DNA of 64,000 bases from an uncultured Pseudomonadota bacterium (GTDB lineage: Bacteria; Pseudomonadota; Alphaproteobacteria; JACZXZ01), in the NCBI GenBank assembly GCA_963749075.1, contig CAVVLJ010000016.1, forward strand, positions 800,001 through 864,000, in the 5' to 3' direction. Below are positions 11,538 through 21,073 of the stretch, in pieces. The position numbers and the translations under genes are program-made. Under the pieces are notes generated by a model. The model did no database searches and was not told the origin of the DNA. It saw only the letters and a program-made list of their open reading frames with translations. The stretch's first letter is position 1. Each line of letters opens with the position of its first letter.

Positions 11538-11554
11538 GCGAGAGGCGTGCCGCC

Positions 11555-12331
11555 GTGGCGAAGCTCAGCATCCAGAGCGTGGCGCTCCGCTTCACGCCCA
11601 AGGGCGGCCGCACCGTGACGGCACTCGAGAACATCTCCCTCGCCGTCGAGGAGAACGAGTTCTCGGTCATCGTGGGTCCATCGGGCTGCGGCAAGACGAG
11701 CCTGCTGCGTCTCGTGGCCGGCCTCATCCAGCCGAGCGAAGGGACGATCGCCCTCGACGGCGCCGCCGTCACCAAGCCGGGCAGGGAGCGCGGCATGGTG
11801 TTCCAGTCCTACACGCTCTTTCCCTGGCTCAGCGTCGCGGAGAACGTCGAGTTCGGCCCCAAGATCGCCGGCCTGGAGGCGGCGGAGCGCCGGCGCATCG
11901 TCCAGCACTACCTCGCCGAGGTCGGGCTCGAGGGCTTCGAGCGCGCCTTCCCGAAGCAGCTCTCTGGCGGCATGATGCAGCGCGTGGCGCTGGCGAGGGC
12001 GCTCGCCAACGATCCGGCGATCCTCCTCATGGACGAGCCCTTCGGGGCGCTGGACAGCCAGACGCGCTCGCTCATGCAGGAGCTACTCCTCAAGATCTGG
12101 GAGCATGCCCACAAGACCGTGCTCTTCATCACCCACGACATCGACGAGGCGATCCTCCTGGGCGACCGCGTCCATGTCATGACGGCGCGGCCGGGGCGCA
12201 TCAAGGAGGAGGTCGCCATCGACATCCCGCGGCCGCGCTCGGTCGAGGCACTGACCTCGGACCGCTTCATCGCCTTGAAGCGCCGCATCATGGCGCTCAT
12301 CCACGCGGAAGCCGTGCGCGCCATGGGCTGA
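11555..12331 (+). CDS. NitT/TauT ABC ATPase
   Basis: GPSGCGKT, LSGGMMQR, DEPFGALD, ITHDIDEA; GTG start. Confidence 0.9.
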   Translation: MAKLSIQSVALRFTPKGGRTVTALENISLAVEENEFSVIVGPSGCGKTSLLRLVAGLIQPSEGTIALDGAAVTKPGRERGMVFQSYTLFPWLSVAENVEFGPKIAGLEAAERRRIVQHYLAEVGLEGFERAFPKQLSGGMMQRVALARALANDPAILLMDEPFGALDSQTRSLMQELLLKIWEHAHKTVLFITHDIDEAILLGDRVHVMTARPGRIKEEVAIDIPRPRSVEALTSDRFIALKRRIMALIHAEAVRAMG

Positions 12332-12489
12332 GCCTGCGGTTGCGCGCCAGCGTGCTCCGCCAACTGCATGGTGCGATGCGACAGGCGGGACTCGCGGCCA
12401 GGCTGAGAGGCGGCGGTCCTTATGGCGAAAAATACACCAAATCAATGTCTTATATTTTTTGTTTGAAATCCTCTCAAACTTCTGATCTA

Positions 12490-12505
12490 TTGTGCATTGC
12501 GGCAT
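12490..12505 (+). promoter_or_regulatory. TTGTGCA(TTGCGGCA) box upstream of the MmgR-like sRNA (PhaR/AniA- or NtrC-type site)
   Basis: TTGTGCA heptamer about 30-45 nt upstream of the sRNA core, preceded by an AT-rich tract; this heptamer is recalled as conserved in mmgR promoters. Confidence 0.55.
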
Positions 12506-12524
12506 GGCGCTCTGCCGCCCTGGC

Positions 12525-12599
12525 AGGGCGCGTCGCATGCCCTTATTGGGCGTTTCCTCCCTACACTTGGGCCGCGCAACTGCGCGGCCCCTTTTTTTC
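12525..12599 (+). ncRNA. mmgR: MmgR / alpha-r8 (Rfam suhB-type) small RNA
   Basis: GCCCTTATTGGGCG hairpin, then TTTCCTCCCTA anti-SD core, then a GC hairpin and T7; 5' end approximate. Confidence 0.8.
12569..12598 (+). terminator. Rho-independent terminator of the sRNA
   Basis: GGGCCGCGC-AACT-GCGCGGCCC followed by C and TTTTTTT. Confidence 0.85.
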
Positions 12600-12711
12600 A
12601 GGTGCTGGGGCTGGGCACGGGATTGTGAACGGCGCGAACGCCGTTGCCGCAAGGTTCGTCGTGCGACGAGCGTAGAATGCCTTATCTTTCGTCAAAATGA
12701 AGGAGGGGACA

Positions 12712-13116
12712 GTGCCCGACATCAAGCCGTTTCCGACGAGCTGGGCGCCGGGCGCGCTGAGCGTGCTGCGCATTGTCGCGGCGCTCTGCTTCATGGAGCA
12801 TGGCACCTCCAAGTATCTCGGCCTTCCCCATAATGCGATGTTTGACAATCTGCACCTCTTCTCGCTCCTCGGGCTTGCCGGCGTGCTGGAGCTCGGCGGC
12901 GGCCTTCTGTTGCTGGTGGGGCTCTTCAGCCGCGCGGTGGCATTCATCCTCTCGGGCGAGATGGCCTTCGCCTATTTCATGGCGCACGCGCCGCGGGGCT
13001 TCTTTCCCGCGGCCAACGGCGGCGAGGCGGCGGTCCTCTACTGCTTCATCTTTCTCTATCTCGCCGCGGCGGGCGGCGGCGCCTGGAGCGTCGATCGGGC
13101 GCTGAAGCGCTCGTAG
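12712..13116 (+). CDS. DoxX family membrane protein
   Basis: LRIVAALCFMEHGTSK, FILSGEMAFAYFMAH, NGGEAAVLYCF, GGGAWSVD; RBS AGGAGG before GTG 12712. Confidence 0.9.
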   Translation: MPDIKPFPTSWAPGALSVLRIVAALCFMEHGTSKYLGLPHNAMFDNLHLFSLLGLAGVLELGGGLLLLVGLFSRAVAFILSGEMAFAYFMAHAPRGFFPAANGGEAAVLYCFIFLYLAAAGGGAWSVDRALKRS

Positions 13117-14063
13117 CAGGCAAGGAGGTGTCCTTCGCCGACGGGTAGCAACGGCGGATGCGCCGTGCTGCAGTGGGGGCGCGCGATCGGGCAGCGCCCG
13201 CGGTAGCGGCAGCCGGCAGCACTCGACGGCGCGCTCAGGTCCTCGGGCGGCACGGCCGACCGGTCGTCCGGCTCGTCGAGCGTCGCGAGAAGCGCTTCCG
13301 TATAGGGATGGCGCGGGTGGGCAAAGAGCTCCTCGGTCGGCGCCAGCTCCACGAGCTTGCCGAAATACATCACCCCGATGCGGTCCGAGATGTAGCGCGC
13401 GACGTGGAGGTCGTGGGTGATGAAGAGGAGTGCCAAGCCCAGGCGCTCCTGCACCTCCTTGAAGAGGTTGAGTATCTGGGCGCGCACCGAGACGTCGAGC
13501 TTGGACACCGCCTCGTCGGCGACGATGAGCGCCGGCTCGAGCGTGAGCGCGCGGCCGATCGCCACGCGCTGCAGCTGGCCGCCCGAGAGCTCGTGCGGGT
13601 AGCGCCCGGCGAAGGCCGGCGGCAGGCCCACGGTCGCGAGGATGCGCGCGACCTCGGCCGCGAGTGCCGGCCGCGTGCAGAGCCTGTGGAGGAGCAGCGG
13701 GATCTCGAGGGCGCGCCCCACCGTGTGACGCGGATTGAGCGACGACAGCGGGTCCTGGAAGATCATCTGCAGATGGCGCCGGAAGGGCTTGAGCTTGCGC
13801 TCCGGGAGATGGCTGATGTCGACGCCGCGGAAGGCGATGCGGCCGCCCGCCGGCTCGTAGAGGCGGAGAAGCGTCTTGCCGACGGTCGTCTTGCCGCTCC
13901 CCAATTCGCCGACCAGGCCGAGCACCTCGCCCGCGCGGATCTCGAGGCTCACGCCGTCCACGGCGCGGAAGCGCCGCGAGGCTCCCAGTGCCGGGCTGCG
14001 GGCGGCGAATTCCACCACCAGCTCGTCGAGGGCGACGAGGGCTTGCGCTGCCGCGTCAGTCAT
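13056..14063 (-). CDS. Oligopeptide/dipeptide ABC ATPase (DppF-like)
   Basis: GELGSGKTT, IFQDPLSSLNP, ELSGGQLQR, HPYT, C-terminal Cys cluster. Confidence 0.9.
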   Translation of the reverse strand: MTDAAAQALVALDELVVEFAARSPALGASRRFRAVDGVSLEIRAGEVLGLVGELGSGKTTVGKTLLRLYEPAGGRIAFRGVDISHLPERKLKPFRRHLQMIFQDPLSSLNPRHTVGRALEIPLLLHRLCTRPALAAEVARILATVGLPPAFAGRYPHELSGGQLQRVAIGRALTLEPALIVADEAVSKLDVSVRAQILNLFKEVQERLGLALLFITHDLHVARYISDRIGVMYFGKLVELAPTEELFAHPRHPYTEALLATLDEPDDRSAVPPEDLSAPSSAAGCRYRGRCPIARPHCSTAHPPLLPVGEGHLLACYERFSARSTLQAPPPAAAR

Positions 14064-15027
14064 AGAGGATGCAGCGGACGTGCCGCTCGCTGCCGAGCTC
14101 GCGCATCGCCGGACGCGCAGTCAGGCAGGCGGCGCGGGCCTGGGAGCAGCGGGGCGCGAAGAGGCAGCCCGGCGGCAGCTCGTGCGGGTTGGGCGGCTCG
14201 CCCGCGATCTCGGAGAGCCGGCCGCCGCGGAATAGCGCCTCGGCCGTCGCGAGCAGGCCCTGCGTATAGGGGTGCTTCGGCTCCGCGAAGAGTGCCTCGG
14301 CAGGCCCGCTCTCGACGATCTCGCCCGCGTACATGACCGCGATGCGGTCGGCGAGCACGCGCGCGATCGTCATGTCGTGGGTGATGAAGAGGATGGCGGC
14401 GGAGACCCGCTTCTGGAGGCGGCGGAAGAGCGCCAGTATCTGGCGCTCGACGATATTGTCGAGATTGGTGGTGGGCTCGTCGGCGATGATCACCTCGGGC
14501 TCGAGGGCGAGCACCATGGCGATGAGCAGGCGCTGCAGCATGCCGCCCGAGAGCTGGTGGGGGTAGAGCTTGAGGACGCGCTGCGGCTCGGCGATGCCGA
14601 CGTCGGCGAGGAGGCGGCGCGTCTCGCCGGCCCAGTCGCCGACGGCAGCGGCCCTGCCGCGCGCCTTGCGCCGGAAGACCTCGCGCATGTGCCAGGCGAT
14701 GCTCTTGGCCGGGTTGAAGGCGCCGGGCGGGTTCTGGAAGATCATGGCGAGATGGACGCCGCGCAGCGCGCGGAATGCTGCGTCGGGGAGCTGGCGCACG
14801 TCCTCGCCCTTGAAGCGCAGGAGCTCGGCCTCGGTCTCGGCACTCGCCGGCAGCAGGCGGAGCAGCGATAGCCCGGTCACGGTCTTGCCCGAGCCGGATT
14901 CGCCGATGAGCGCCAGGAGCTCGCCCTGGCGGAGCTCGAGGTCGACGCCGCGCACGGCCACGACGGCACCGCCCCTCACGCCAAAGCGCGTGCTGAGGCC
15001 GCGCACCTCGAGGACCGCAGCGCTCAC
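14056..15027 (-). CDS. Oligopeptide/dipeptide ABC ATPase (DppD-like)
   Basis: GESGSGKT, YPHQLSGGMLQR, DEPTT, GCLFAPRC. Confidence 0.9.
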   Translation of the reverse strand: MSAAVLEVRGLSTRFGVRGGAVVAVRGVDLELRQGELLALIGESGSGKTVTGLSLLRLLPASAETEAELLRFKGEDVRQLPDAAFRALRGVHLAMIFQNPPGAFNPAKSIAWHMREVFRRKARGRAAAVGDWAGETRRLLADVGIAEPQRVLKLYPHQLSGGMLQRLLIAMVLALEPEVIIADEPTTNLDNIVERQILALFRRLQKRVSAAILFITHDMTIARVLADRIAVMYAGEIVESGPAEALFAEPKHPYTQGLLATAEALFRGGRLSEIAGEPPNPHELPPGCLFAPRCSQARAACLTARPAMRELGSERHVRCILYD

Positions 15028-15890
15028 GGCTCGGCCCGCCGCTTGAGCCGCGGGTCGGTCAGGTCGCGCAAGCCGTCGCCCAAGAGGTTGAGGCCGAGGA
15101 GGGCGACCGAGATGACGAGCCCGGTCAGCGTCAGCACCCAGGGGCCGCGCTGGAAGTACTCGCGCCCGTCGGCCATGATGACGCCGAGCGACGGCGTCGG
15201 CGGCTGCACGCCGAGGCCGAGGAAGCTCAAGCCCGCCTCGATGACGATGCCGAAAGCCAGGCCGATGCTCGCCTGCACCACGAGCGGGGCGGCGATGTTG
15301 GGCAGTATCTCGCGGAAGAGGATGCGCAAGGGCGATTGCCCCATGAGGCGCGCCGCCTGGATGAAGGGCTCCTCCTTGACGAGGAGCGTCGTATTGCGCG
15401 CGAGGCGCGCGAAGATGGGAAAATAGACGAGGGCGATCGCGAGGATGACGTTCTCGACGCCGAAGCCGAGCACCACCATGAGGAAGAGGGCGAGCACGAA
15501 GCTCGGGAAGGCGAAGAGGAGATCGGAGAAGCGCATCAGCGCCGCGTCGGTGAGCCCGCCGTGATAGGCGGCCGTCATGCCCGAGAGCGTCCCGGCGGCT
15601 GCGGCGAGGAGCACGCCCGCGAAGCTGACGAGGAGCGAGATGCGCCCGCCGAAGAGCACGCGGGTGAGCACGTCGCGGCCGAAGGAATCGGTGCCGAGCG
15701 GATGCGCCCAGCTCGGCGGCACGAGCAGGTTGGCGAAGTCCATGTCGACCGGCGAATAAGGCATCAGCTCGGCACCAAGGCTCACGCCCAGCACCACGAT
15801 TGCGGTGATGAGCGTGCCGACGAACGCCGTGCGGCTGCCGAGGATGGCGCGCGCAATGGTGCCGAGGTGCCGGGACGGACGCGCCGCCAT
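15024..15890 (-). CDS. Peptide/nickel ABC permease (DppC-like)
   Basis: HPLGTDSFGRD, EILPN, EAGLSFLGLG; start MAARPS. Confidence 0.9.
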   Translation of the reverse strand: MAARPSRHLGTIARAILGSRTAFVGTLITAIVVLGVSLGAELMPYSPVDMDFANLLVPPSWAHPLGTDSFGRDVLTRVLFGGRISLLVSFAGVLLAAAAGTLSGMTAAYHGGLTDAALMRFSDLLFAFPSFVLALFLMVVLGFGVENVILAIALVYFPIFARLARNTTLLVKEEPFIQAARLMGQSPLRILFREILPNIAAPLVVQASIGLAFGIVIEAGLSFLGLGVQPPTPSLGVIMADGREYFQRGPWVLTLTGLVISVALLGLNLLGDGLRDLTDPRLKRRAEP

Positions 15891-16843
15891 CAGCCGCTCC
15901 TCCGCGGGTCGAGACCGCTGCAGATGAGATCGACGCCGAGATTGACCGCGAGCACGACGGCGAGGAAAGTCACGGCACAGGCCTCCACCACCGGATAGTC
16001 CCGCCCGAAGGCGCCGTCGACCATGAGCGAGCCGAGCCCCGGGATTCCGAAGATGCGCTCGATCACCACCACGCCGCCGAGCAGGTAGCGCACCTGGAGC
16101 CCGATGACGGTGACATAGGGGATGAGGGCGTTGCGGAAGACGTAATGGAGGAAGATGAAGAACTCGGCGAAGCCGAAGGAGCGCGCCACGGTGACGAACT
16201 CGCGGTGCGCCACCTCGAGGAGCGAGGCGCGCAGCGTGCGCGCGAAGACGGCCGCCATCGGCGCCGAGATGGCAAGGGCGGGAAGGAAGCCGCTGTGCAA
16301 GGCGCCGGCGAGCGACTGGCCGGGCGAGACGAAGCCGTAGGAGGGGAACCAGCCGAGGCCGAGGGCCAAGGCGTAGATCAGCACGTAGCTCAGCCAGAAG
16401 TCCGGCATCGAGATGCCGAGCACGGCTATGGAGGTGGCGAAGGTATCGGCCAGCCGTCCGCGCCTCAAGGCCGCGATCGTCCCCATGAGGAGCGACACCG
16501 CGATGGCGAGCGCCAGCGCATAGCCCCCGATGAAGATCGTGTTGGGCAGCCGAGCCGCAATCAGGCTGGAGATCGAGGTGCCGCCGGCGATGGTGAGCGA
16601 GCGCCCGAAATCGCCTCTGAGCGCCGCCGCGAACCACAGCCAGAACTGCTCGAGGAGCGGATCGTCCAGGTGGAAGCGCTGGTGGAAGGCCGCCACCGCC
16701 TCGGGCGGCGCCTGCTCGCCGAGCACGGCGAGCGCCGGATCGCCGGGTGCGGCCTTCATCACCATGAAGACGGCGAAGGCGCCGACCAGGATGGTGAGCG
16801 CCATGCCAAGAAGGCGCGGCGGAATCGTGCGGAGGCGGCTCAC
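15890..16843 (-). CDS. Peptide/nickel ABC permease (DppB-like)
   Basis: PGDPA, GDFGRS, SMPDFW, RNALIP, RDYPVV. Confidence 0.9.
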   Translation of the reverse strand: MSRLRTIPPRLLGMALTILVGAFAVFMVMKAAPGDPALAVLGEQAPPEAVAAFHQRFHLDDPLLEQFWLWFAAALRGDFGRSLTIAGGTSISSLIAARLPNTIFIGGYALALAIAVSLLMGTIAALRRGRLADTFATSIAVLGISMPDFWLSYVLIYALALGLGWFPSYGFVSPGQSLAGALHSGFLPALAISAPMAAVFARTLRASLLEVAHREFVTVARSFGFAEFFIFLHYVFRNALIPYVTVIGLQVRYLLGGVVVIERIFGIPGLGSLMVDGAFGRDYPVVEACAVTFLAVVLAVNLGVDLICSGLDPRRSG

Positions 16844-16955
16844 GCGGACAACCCCTTTGACGACCTCGCCGGCGGAAGGCGGCCGGGAAGGCGGCCCTGC
16901 CGCCCCGGCCCGCCATAGAGACGACGAAGGCGTCCGCGGGTCAAGCGCCCGCGCG

Positions 16956-18527
16956 TCAAGAGATCGTCAGGTTCTGGAAGGTGTCGCCGTAGTTCGAATA
17001 AGGGAGCTGGACGAAGCCCTTGACCTTGGTGCTGGCGAGGTTGTGCACGTTCGAGCAGAAGCACGGCACGATCGGCATGTCCTCGATCATCATGGCCTCC
17101 GCCTCCTTGTAGAGCTCGCCGCGCTTGGGCCGGTCGAGCTCCTGGCGCGCCTTGACCAGGAGGGCGTCGAGCTTGGCGTTGGAGTAGCCCTGGAAGTTGC
17201 GATAGGCGCCGGTGTAGAGGATGTCGTAGAGGTACTCGTCGGGATCGACGAAGCCGAGCCAGCCCCACACCGAGCCCTGGAAATCGCCGGCGCGCTGGCG
17301 CGCATAGACCGTATTGGGGTCGTTGACCTCGATGGTGAGCTTGGTGCCGAGCGTCTGGTTGACCTGGGCCGTCCACACCTCGACGATGCGCTTCCACCAG
17401 CCGGCACCCCAGGCGAGGATGACCGCCTCGGTGCCCGCCTTGTACTTCGACTGGGCGAGCTCCGCCTTGGCGCGTTCCGGATTGTAGGTGGTGAGCGCGC
17501 GCGGCTTTGGGTCGTAGGCGAACTTGAGCGAGGGCGGGATCAGCCCGTGGCTCGCCACCCCTTCGCCGAACAGCACCACCTTGACCATGGCGTCGCGGTC
17601 GAAGGCGAGCGAGCAGGCGCGGCGGAAATGCACGTCATCGAAAGGCGGCTTGCGGTTGTTGAGGGCGATGAAGCGCGTGTTGAGCCCCGCCTGCCTGTAG
17701 ACCTTGATATCGGTGCGCTTCTCGAGGTCCGACACGTCGGCGAACGGGGCCGTGCTGGTGAGGTCGATCTGGCCGCCCAGGAGTGCCGTGACGCCGCTCG
17801 TCTCCTCGGAGATGAACGGCATCTCGACGGTGCGCAGCATCGGGTGCCCGGTCCTGAAATAGCCGGCATGGGCCGCGAGCTGCACACTCTCCTTGGCCGC
17901 CCAGCTCTTGATCATGAAGGCGCCGGTGCCGACCGGCTTCTTGCCGAAGGCCTCGGCGCCCATGGCCTCGACCGCTTTCTTGGGCACGATCTGCGTGCCG
18001 GTGCGCGCGTTGCAGAGGAAGGTGAGGAGCGGGGCGAAGGGCTCCTTCATGGCGATGCGCACCGTCGCGTCGTCGGGCGTCGTCACCGCGGAGATGCCGG
18101 AGACCTTGCTGCGGTTGGGTGAGCCGAATTTGTCGTCGAGCAGGCGCTCGAGGGTGAACTTCACGTCCTCGGCGCTCATGGTGCTGCCGTCATGGAACTT
18201 GACGCCCCGGCGCAGCTTGAACTCGAAGGTGCCGTCGGGCGAGAGCGTGTACGACTCGGCGAGGTCGGGGACGATCTCCATGTTGGCGTCGAAGGTCATG
18301 AGGCCGTTGAAGAGGGCCCAGATCACGTAGAACTCGGGGATCAGCGTCGCCTTTCCCGGGTCGAGCGTGTTGATCACGTCGTAGCCCGTAATGCCCGCCC
18401 TGAGATTGTCGCCCGCCGCCAGCGCCCGGCCGCCGAGCCAGGGCTGAGCGAGCCCGGCGGCCCCCAGTGCCGCAGCACCCTGGAGAAGCTTCCGCCGCGA
18501 GACTCCCGTGCGTTTCGGCGCCTTCAT
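16956..18527 (-). CDS. Peptide/nickel ABC substrate-binding protein (family 5), Tat signal
   Basis: SRRKLL Tat motif, PDLAESY, LRRGVKFHDG, PVGTGAF, KPPFDD. Confidence 0.9.
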   Translation of the reverse strand: MKAPKRTGVSRRKLLQGAAALGAAGLAQPWLGGRALAAGDNLRAGITGYDVINTLDPGKATLIPEFYVIWALFNGLMTFDANMEIVPDLAESYTLSPDGTFEFKLRRGVKFHDGSTMSAEDVKFTLERLLDDKFGSPNRSKVSGISAVTTPDDATVRIAMKEPFAPLLTFLCNARTGTQIVPKKAVEAMGAEAFGKKPVGTGAFMIKSWAAKESVQLAAHAGYFRTGHPMLRTVEMPFISEETSGVTALLGGQIDLTSTAPFADVSDLEKRTDIKVYRQAGLNTRFIALNNRKPPFDDVHFRRACSLAFDRDAMVKVVLFGEGVASHGLIPPSLKFAYDPKPRALTTYNPERAKAELAQSKYKAGTEAVILAWGAGWWKRIVEVWTAQVNQTLGTKLTIEVNDPNTVYARQRAGDFQGSVWGWLGFVDPDEYLYDILYTGAYRNFQGYSNAKLDALLVKARQELDRPKRGELYKEAEAMMIEDMPIVPCFCSNVHNLASTKVKGFVQLPYSNYGDTFQNLTIS

Positions 18528-18557
18528 GACCGTCTCCTGTTCCCGATGTTTTATCGA

Positions 18558-18759
18558 TTATGCATACCGAGCTTATGGAAGAAATGGTTGCGGCGTCAAT
18601 GTTTATGAATGATTGAAGTTTCGTTGAGATCGTCTATCTACGCGTTAGTTATTTGATTTATATATGAAATTACTCCATTCATCGAGACCGCCAGCGATTG
18701 TGCCGACAACTCCTCGACAGCCGGGTGACCGCATGTTATCGATATTTCGGTATACATAA
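18558..18759. promoter_or_regulatory. Divergent promoter region with two inverted candidate GntR operators
   Basis: TTATGCATACCGA (18558-18570) and TCGGTATACATAA (18747-18759) are reverse complements with 1 mismatch, each about 25-30 nt upstream of a divergent start; AT-rich spacer. Confidence 0.6.
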
Positions 18760-18784
18760 ATCAAGGCTGGGGGTTGACGCGACC

Positions 18785-19498
18785 ATGGCCGATGCGTTGC
18801 GGCGCGAACGGGCGGGGCCGGCTCAGCTCCGCCGCCAGCTCTACGAGCAGCTCAAGGGCGACATTGCGGCCTTGCGTCTCAAGCCCGGGGATGCGCTGCA
18901 GGAGCTCGAGCTCGCGGCGCGCTACGGCGGCAGCCGCACGCCCGTGCGCGAGGCGCTCACCCGGCTGCTGGAGGAAGGGCTCGTCGTGCGCTCGGGGCGC
19001 GGCTATGCGGTCACCAGCTTCGCACCCGAGGACGTGCGCCACCTCTACGAGCTGCGCGAGGCGCTGGAGAAGATGGCGATCGGTCTCGCCATCGAGCGGG
19101 CGTCGGACGCCGAGCTCGCGGCGCTCGTGGGCGAGGTCGAGGCGCACCGGCCGGTGATCGAGCGCGGCGACGTGGCGGCCTTCAACCGCCTCGACAGCGC
19201 CTTTCACCTCTCGATCGCGCGGCTCGCGCGCAATCCGCTGCTGGCCGCCGAGATGACGCGGCTCCACGACAAGGTGAAGATCGTGCGCAACCGCGAGCTC
19301 AGCAGCCGCCAGGGCCTCGTCAACGCCATGGCGGATCATCAGCGCATCCTCGGCGCCATGCTGCGCCGGGACGTGGCGACCGCCGAGGCGGAGATGCGCT
19401 ATCACGTGAGGAGCGTGGTGGCGCTCTACCACGGCTACCAGGAGCCGCGGCCGCCGAACCCGTTCGCGTCCGCTCCGCCCGAGGGCGCGCCGCGATGA
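18785..19498 (+). CDS. GntR family regulator (FCD domain)
   Basis: LKPGDAL.E.ELA...SRTPVREAL wHTH; FH..I...ARN, DHQRI FCD motifs. Confidence 0.92.
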   Translation: MADALRRERAGPAQLRRQLYEQLKGDIAALRLKPGDALQELELAARYGGSRTPVREALTRLLEEGLVVRSGRGYAVTSFAPEDVRHLYELREALEKMAIGLAIERASDAELAALVGEVEAHRPVIERGDVAAFNRLDSAFHLSIARLARNPLLAAEMTRLHDKVKIVRNRELSSRQGLVNAMADHQRILGAMLRRDVATAEAEMRYHVRSVVALYHGYQEPRPPNPFASAPPEGAPR

Positions 19499-21051
19499 GG
19501 CGGCCGCTCGGCGAGCTCGCGGGGAAGAGCTTCGACGTGGCGGTGATCGGCGCCGGCGTCAATGGCGCGAGTGCCGCCCAGCACCTGGCAGCAAGCGGCT
19601 ATCGCGTGGTGCTGCTCGACAAGGGCGATTTCGCCTCGGGCTCCTCGAGCCGCTCGAGCCGCCTTCTCCATTGCGGCCTGCGCTATCTGGCGCCCGGCAC
19701 CTCCGCGTGGGAGTTCCTCCTCCACCCGAGCCGGCTCGCCACCGCCTTGCGCATGGCGCGGCAGGCGATGGCGAGCCGCAGCCAGTTCGTCGCCACGACG
19801 CCCGAGCGGGCGCGCGCGCTCAAGTTCGCCTTCCCGATCTATCGCGGCGGTCCCTACGCCGCCTGGCAGGTCGATCTCGCCTTCAAGATACTCGAGAGCC
19901 TGGGGCCCAAGGACCTGCCGCTCGACTACCGCCGCCTGCCGCCCGGCGAGGTGCGCTCGACGCCGCTCCTCAAATGGCTGCGCGAGCCCGAGCGGCTTCA
20001 GAGCGTCGCCATGTTCCGCGAGTACCAGTTCGAATGGCCGGAGCGCATCGCACTCGACGCCGTGCTCGATGCCGAGCGCATGGGGGCGGTCGTGCGCAAC
20101 TACACGGCCGTCAAGGGGCTCGAGCGGCTCGGCGAGCGCGGCTGGCGCCTTCACCTCGAGGACGGGCTCGAGCCGGGCAAGACGGCGGAGGTCTCGGCCG
20201 CACTCGTCCTCAACATGGCCGGCATCTGGATCGACCGGGTGAACGCGAGCGTGGGCGGCGGCGGCCGCGCGCGGCGCAAGATTCTCGGCACCAAGGGCAT
20301 CCACATCATGATCCGCCTGCCGCCCGACTGCCGCGACTACGGCATCGCCACGCTCAACCGCGAGAACGAGGGGCTCTACTGCGTCCCCTGGCGCGGCCTG
20401 CATTATTTCGGGCCGACCGAGACGGTCTACGAGGGCGAGCTCGACGACATCCGCCCGCTCGAGGAGGAGATCGCCTTCTTGATCGCGGAGGCGAACCATC
20501 TCCTGCCGGCGCTTGCGCTCAAGCGCAGCGACGTGCTCTTTGCCTGGGCCGGCGTGCGGCCGCTCACCTACGATCCGGCGCTGCCCAAGGGCAAGCGCTC
20601 GCGCGAGCTCCACGATCTTGCGGCCGACGGCATGCCCGGCGTGCTCGCCATGACCGCGGGTCCGATAATGACGCACCGCTCGGCCGGGCTCGAGGCCACG
20701 GCGGCCGTGCGCCGCCGCCTGCCGCCCTCCGGCGAGCCGCAGGCGCTCTCCTACGCGGCGCGGCTCTATCCCGAGAACCAGAACTCGCCGCCGCTCCTCG
20801 ACGACTGGACCCAAGTCAAGCTCGCCGACCTGCGCACGGCTGCCGAGCGCGAGCACGCGACGAGCCTCGCCGATCTCCTCTTCCGCCGCACCGGTGCTGG
20901 CTGGACCGCGAGCATGGCCGCGGCAGCCGCCCCGCGCGCCGCCGAGGCCGTGGCCGACATCCTCGGCTGGGACGAGGCGCGCATTGCCGCGGAAGTGGTA
21001 GAATATCGCACCTACGTCGCGCGCAACCATCTCCTCGGGGGCGCCGGCTAG
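19495..21051 (+). CDS. GlpD-like FAD-dependent oxidoreductase (glycerol-3-phosphate dehydrogenase family)
   Basis: VIGAGVNG, DFASGSSSRSSRLLHCGLRYL, KGIHI, FGPTE, WAGVRPL, DLLFRRT. Confidence 0.85.
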   Translation: MRRPLGELAGKSFDVAVIGAGVNGASAAQHLAASGYRVVLLDKGDFASGSSSRSSRLLHCGLRYLAPGTSAWEFLLHPSRLATALRMARQAMASRSQFVATTPERARALKFAFPIYRGGPYAAWQVDLAFKILESLGPKDLPLDYRRLPPGEVRSTPLLKWLREPERLQSVAMFREYQFEWPERIALDAVLDAERMGAVVRNYTAVKGLERLGERGWRLHLEDGLEPGKTAEVSAALVLNMAGIWIDRVNASVGGGGRARRKILGTKGIHIMIRLPPDCRDYGIATLNRENEGLYCVPWRGLHYFGPTETVYEGELDDIRPLEEEIAFLIAEANHLLPALALKRSDVLFAWAGVRPLTYDPALPKGKRSRELHDLAADGMPGVLAMTAGPIMTHRSAGLEATAAVRRRLPPSGEPQALSYAARLYPENQNSPPLLDDWTQVKLADLRTAAEREHATSLADLLFRRTGAGWTASMAAAAAPRAAEAVADILGWDEARIAAEVVEYRTYVARNHLLGGAG

Positions 21052-21073
21052 GCCATCGCAAGAGGCGGCCTCG

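Noticed and set aside
12083-12947. Short ORFs across the ABC-doxX intergenic region
   Set aside because: They have no motifs or RBS and overlap the MmgR-like sRNA, its promoter and doxX
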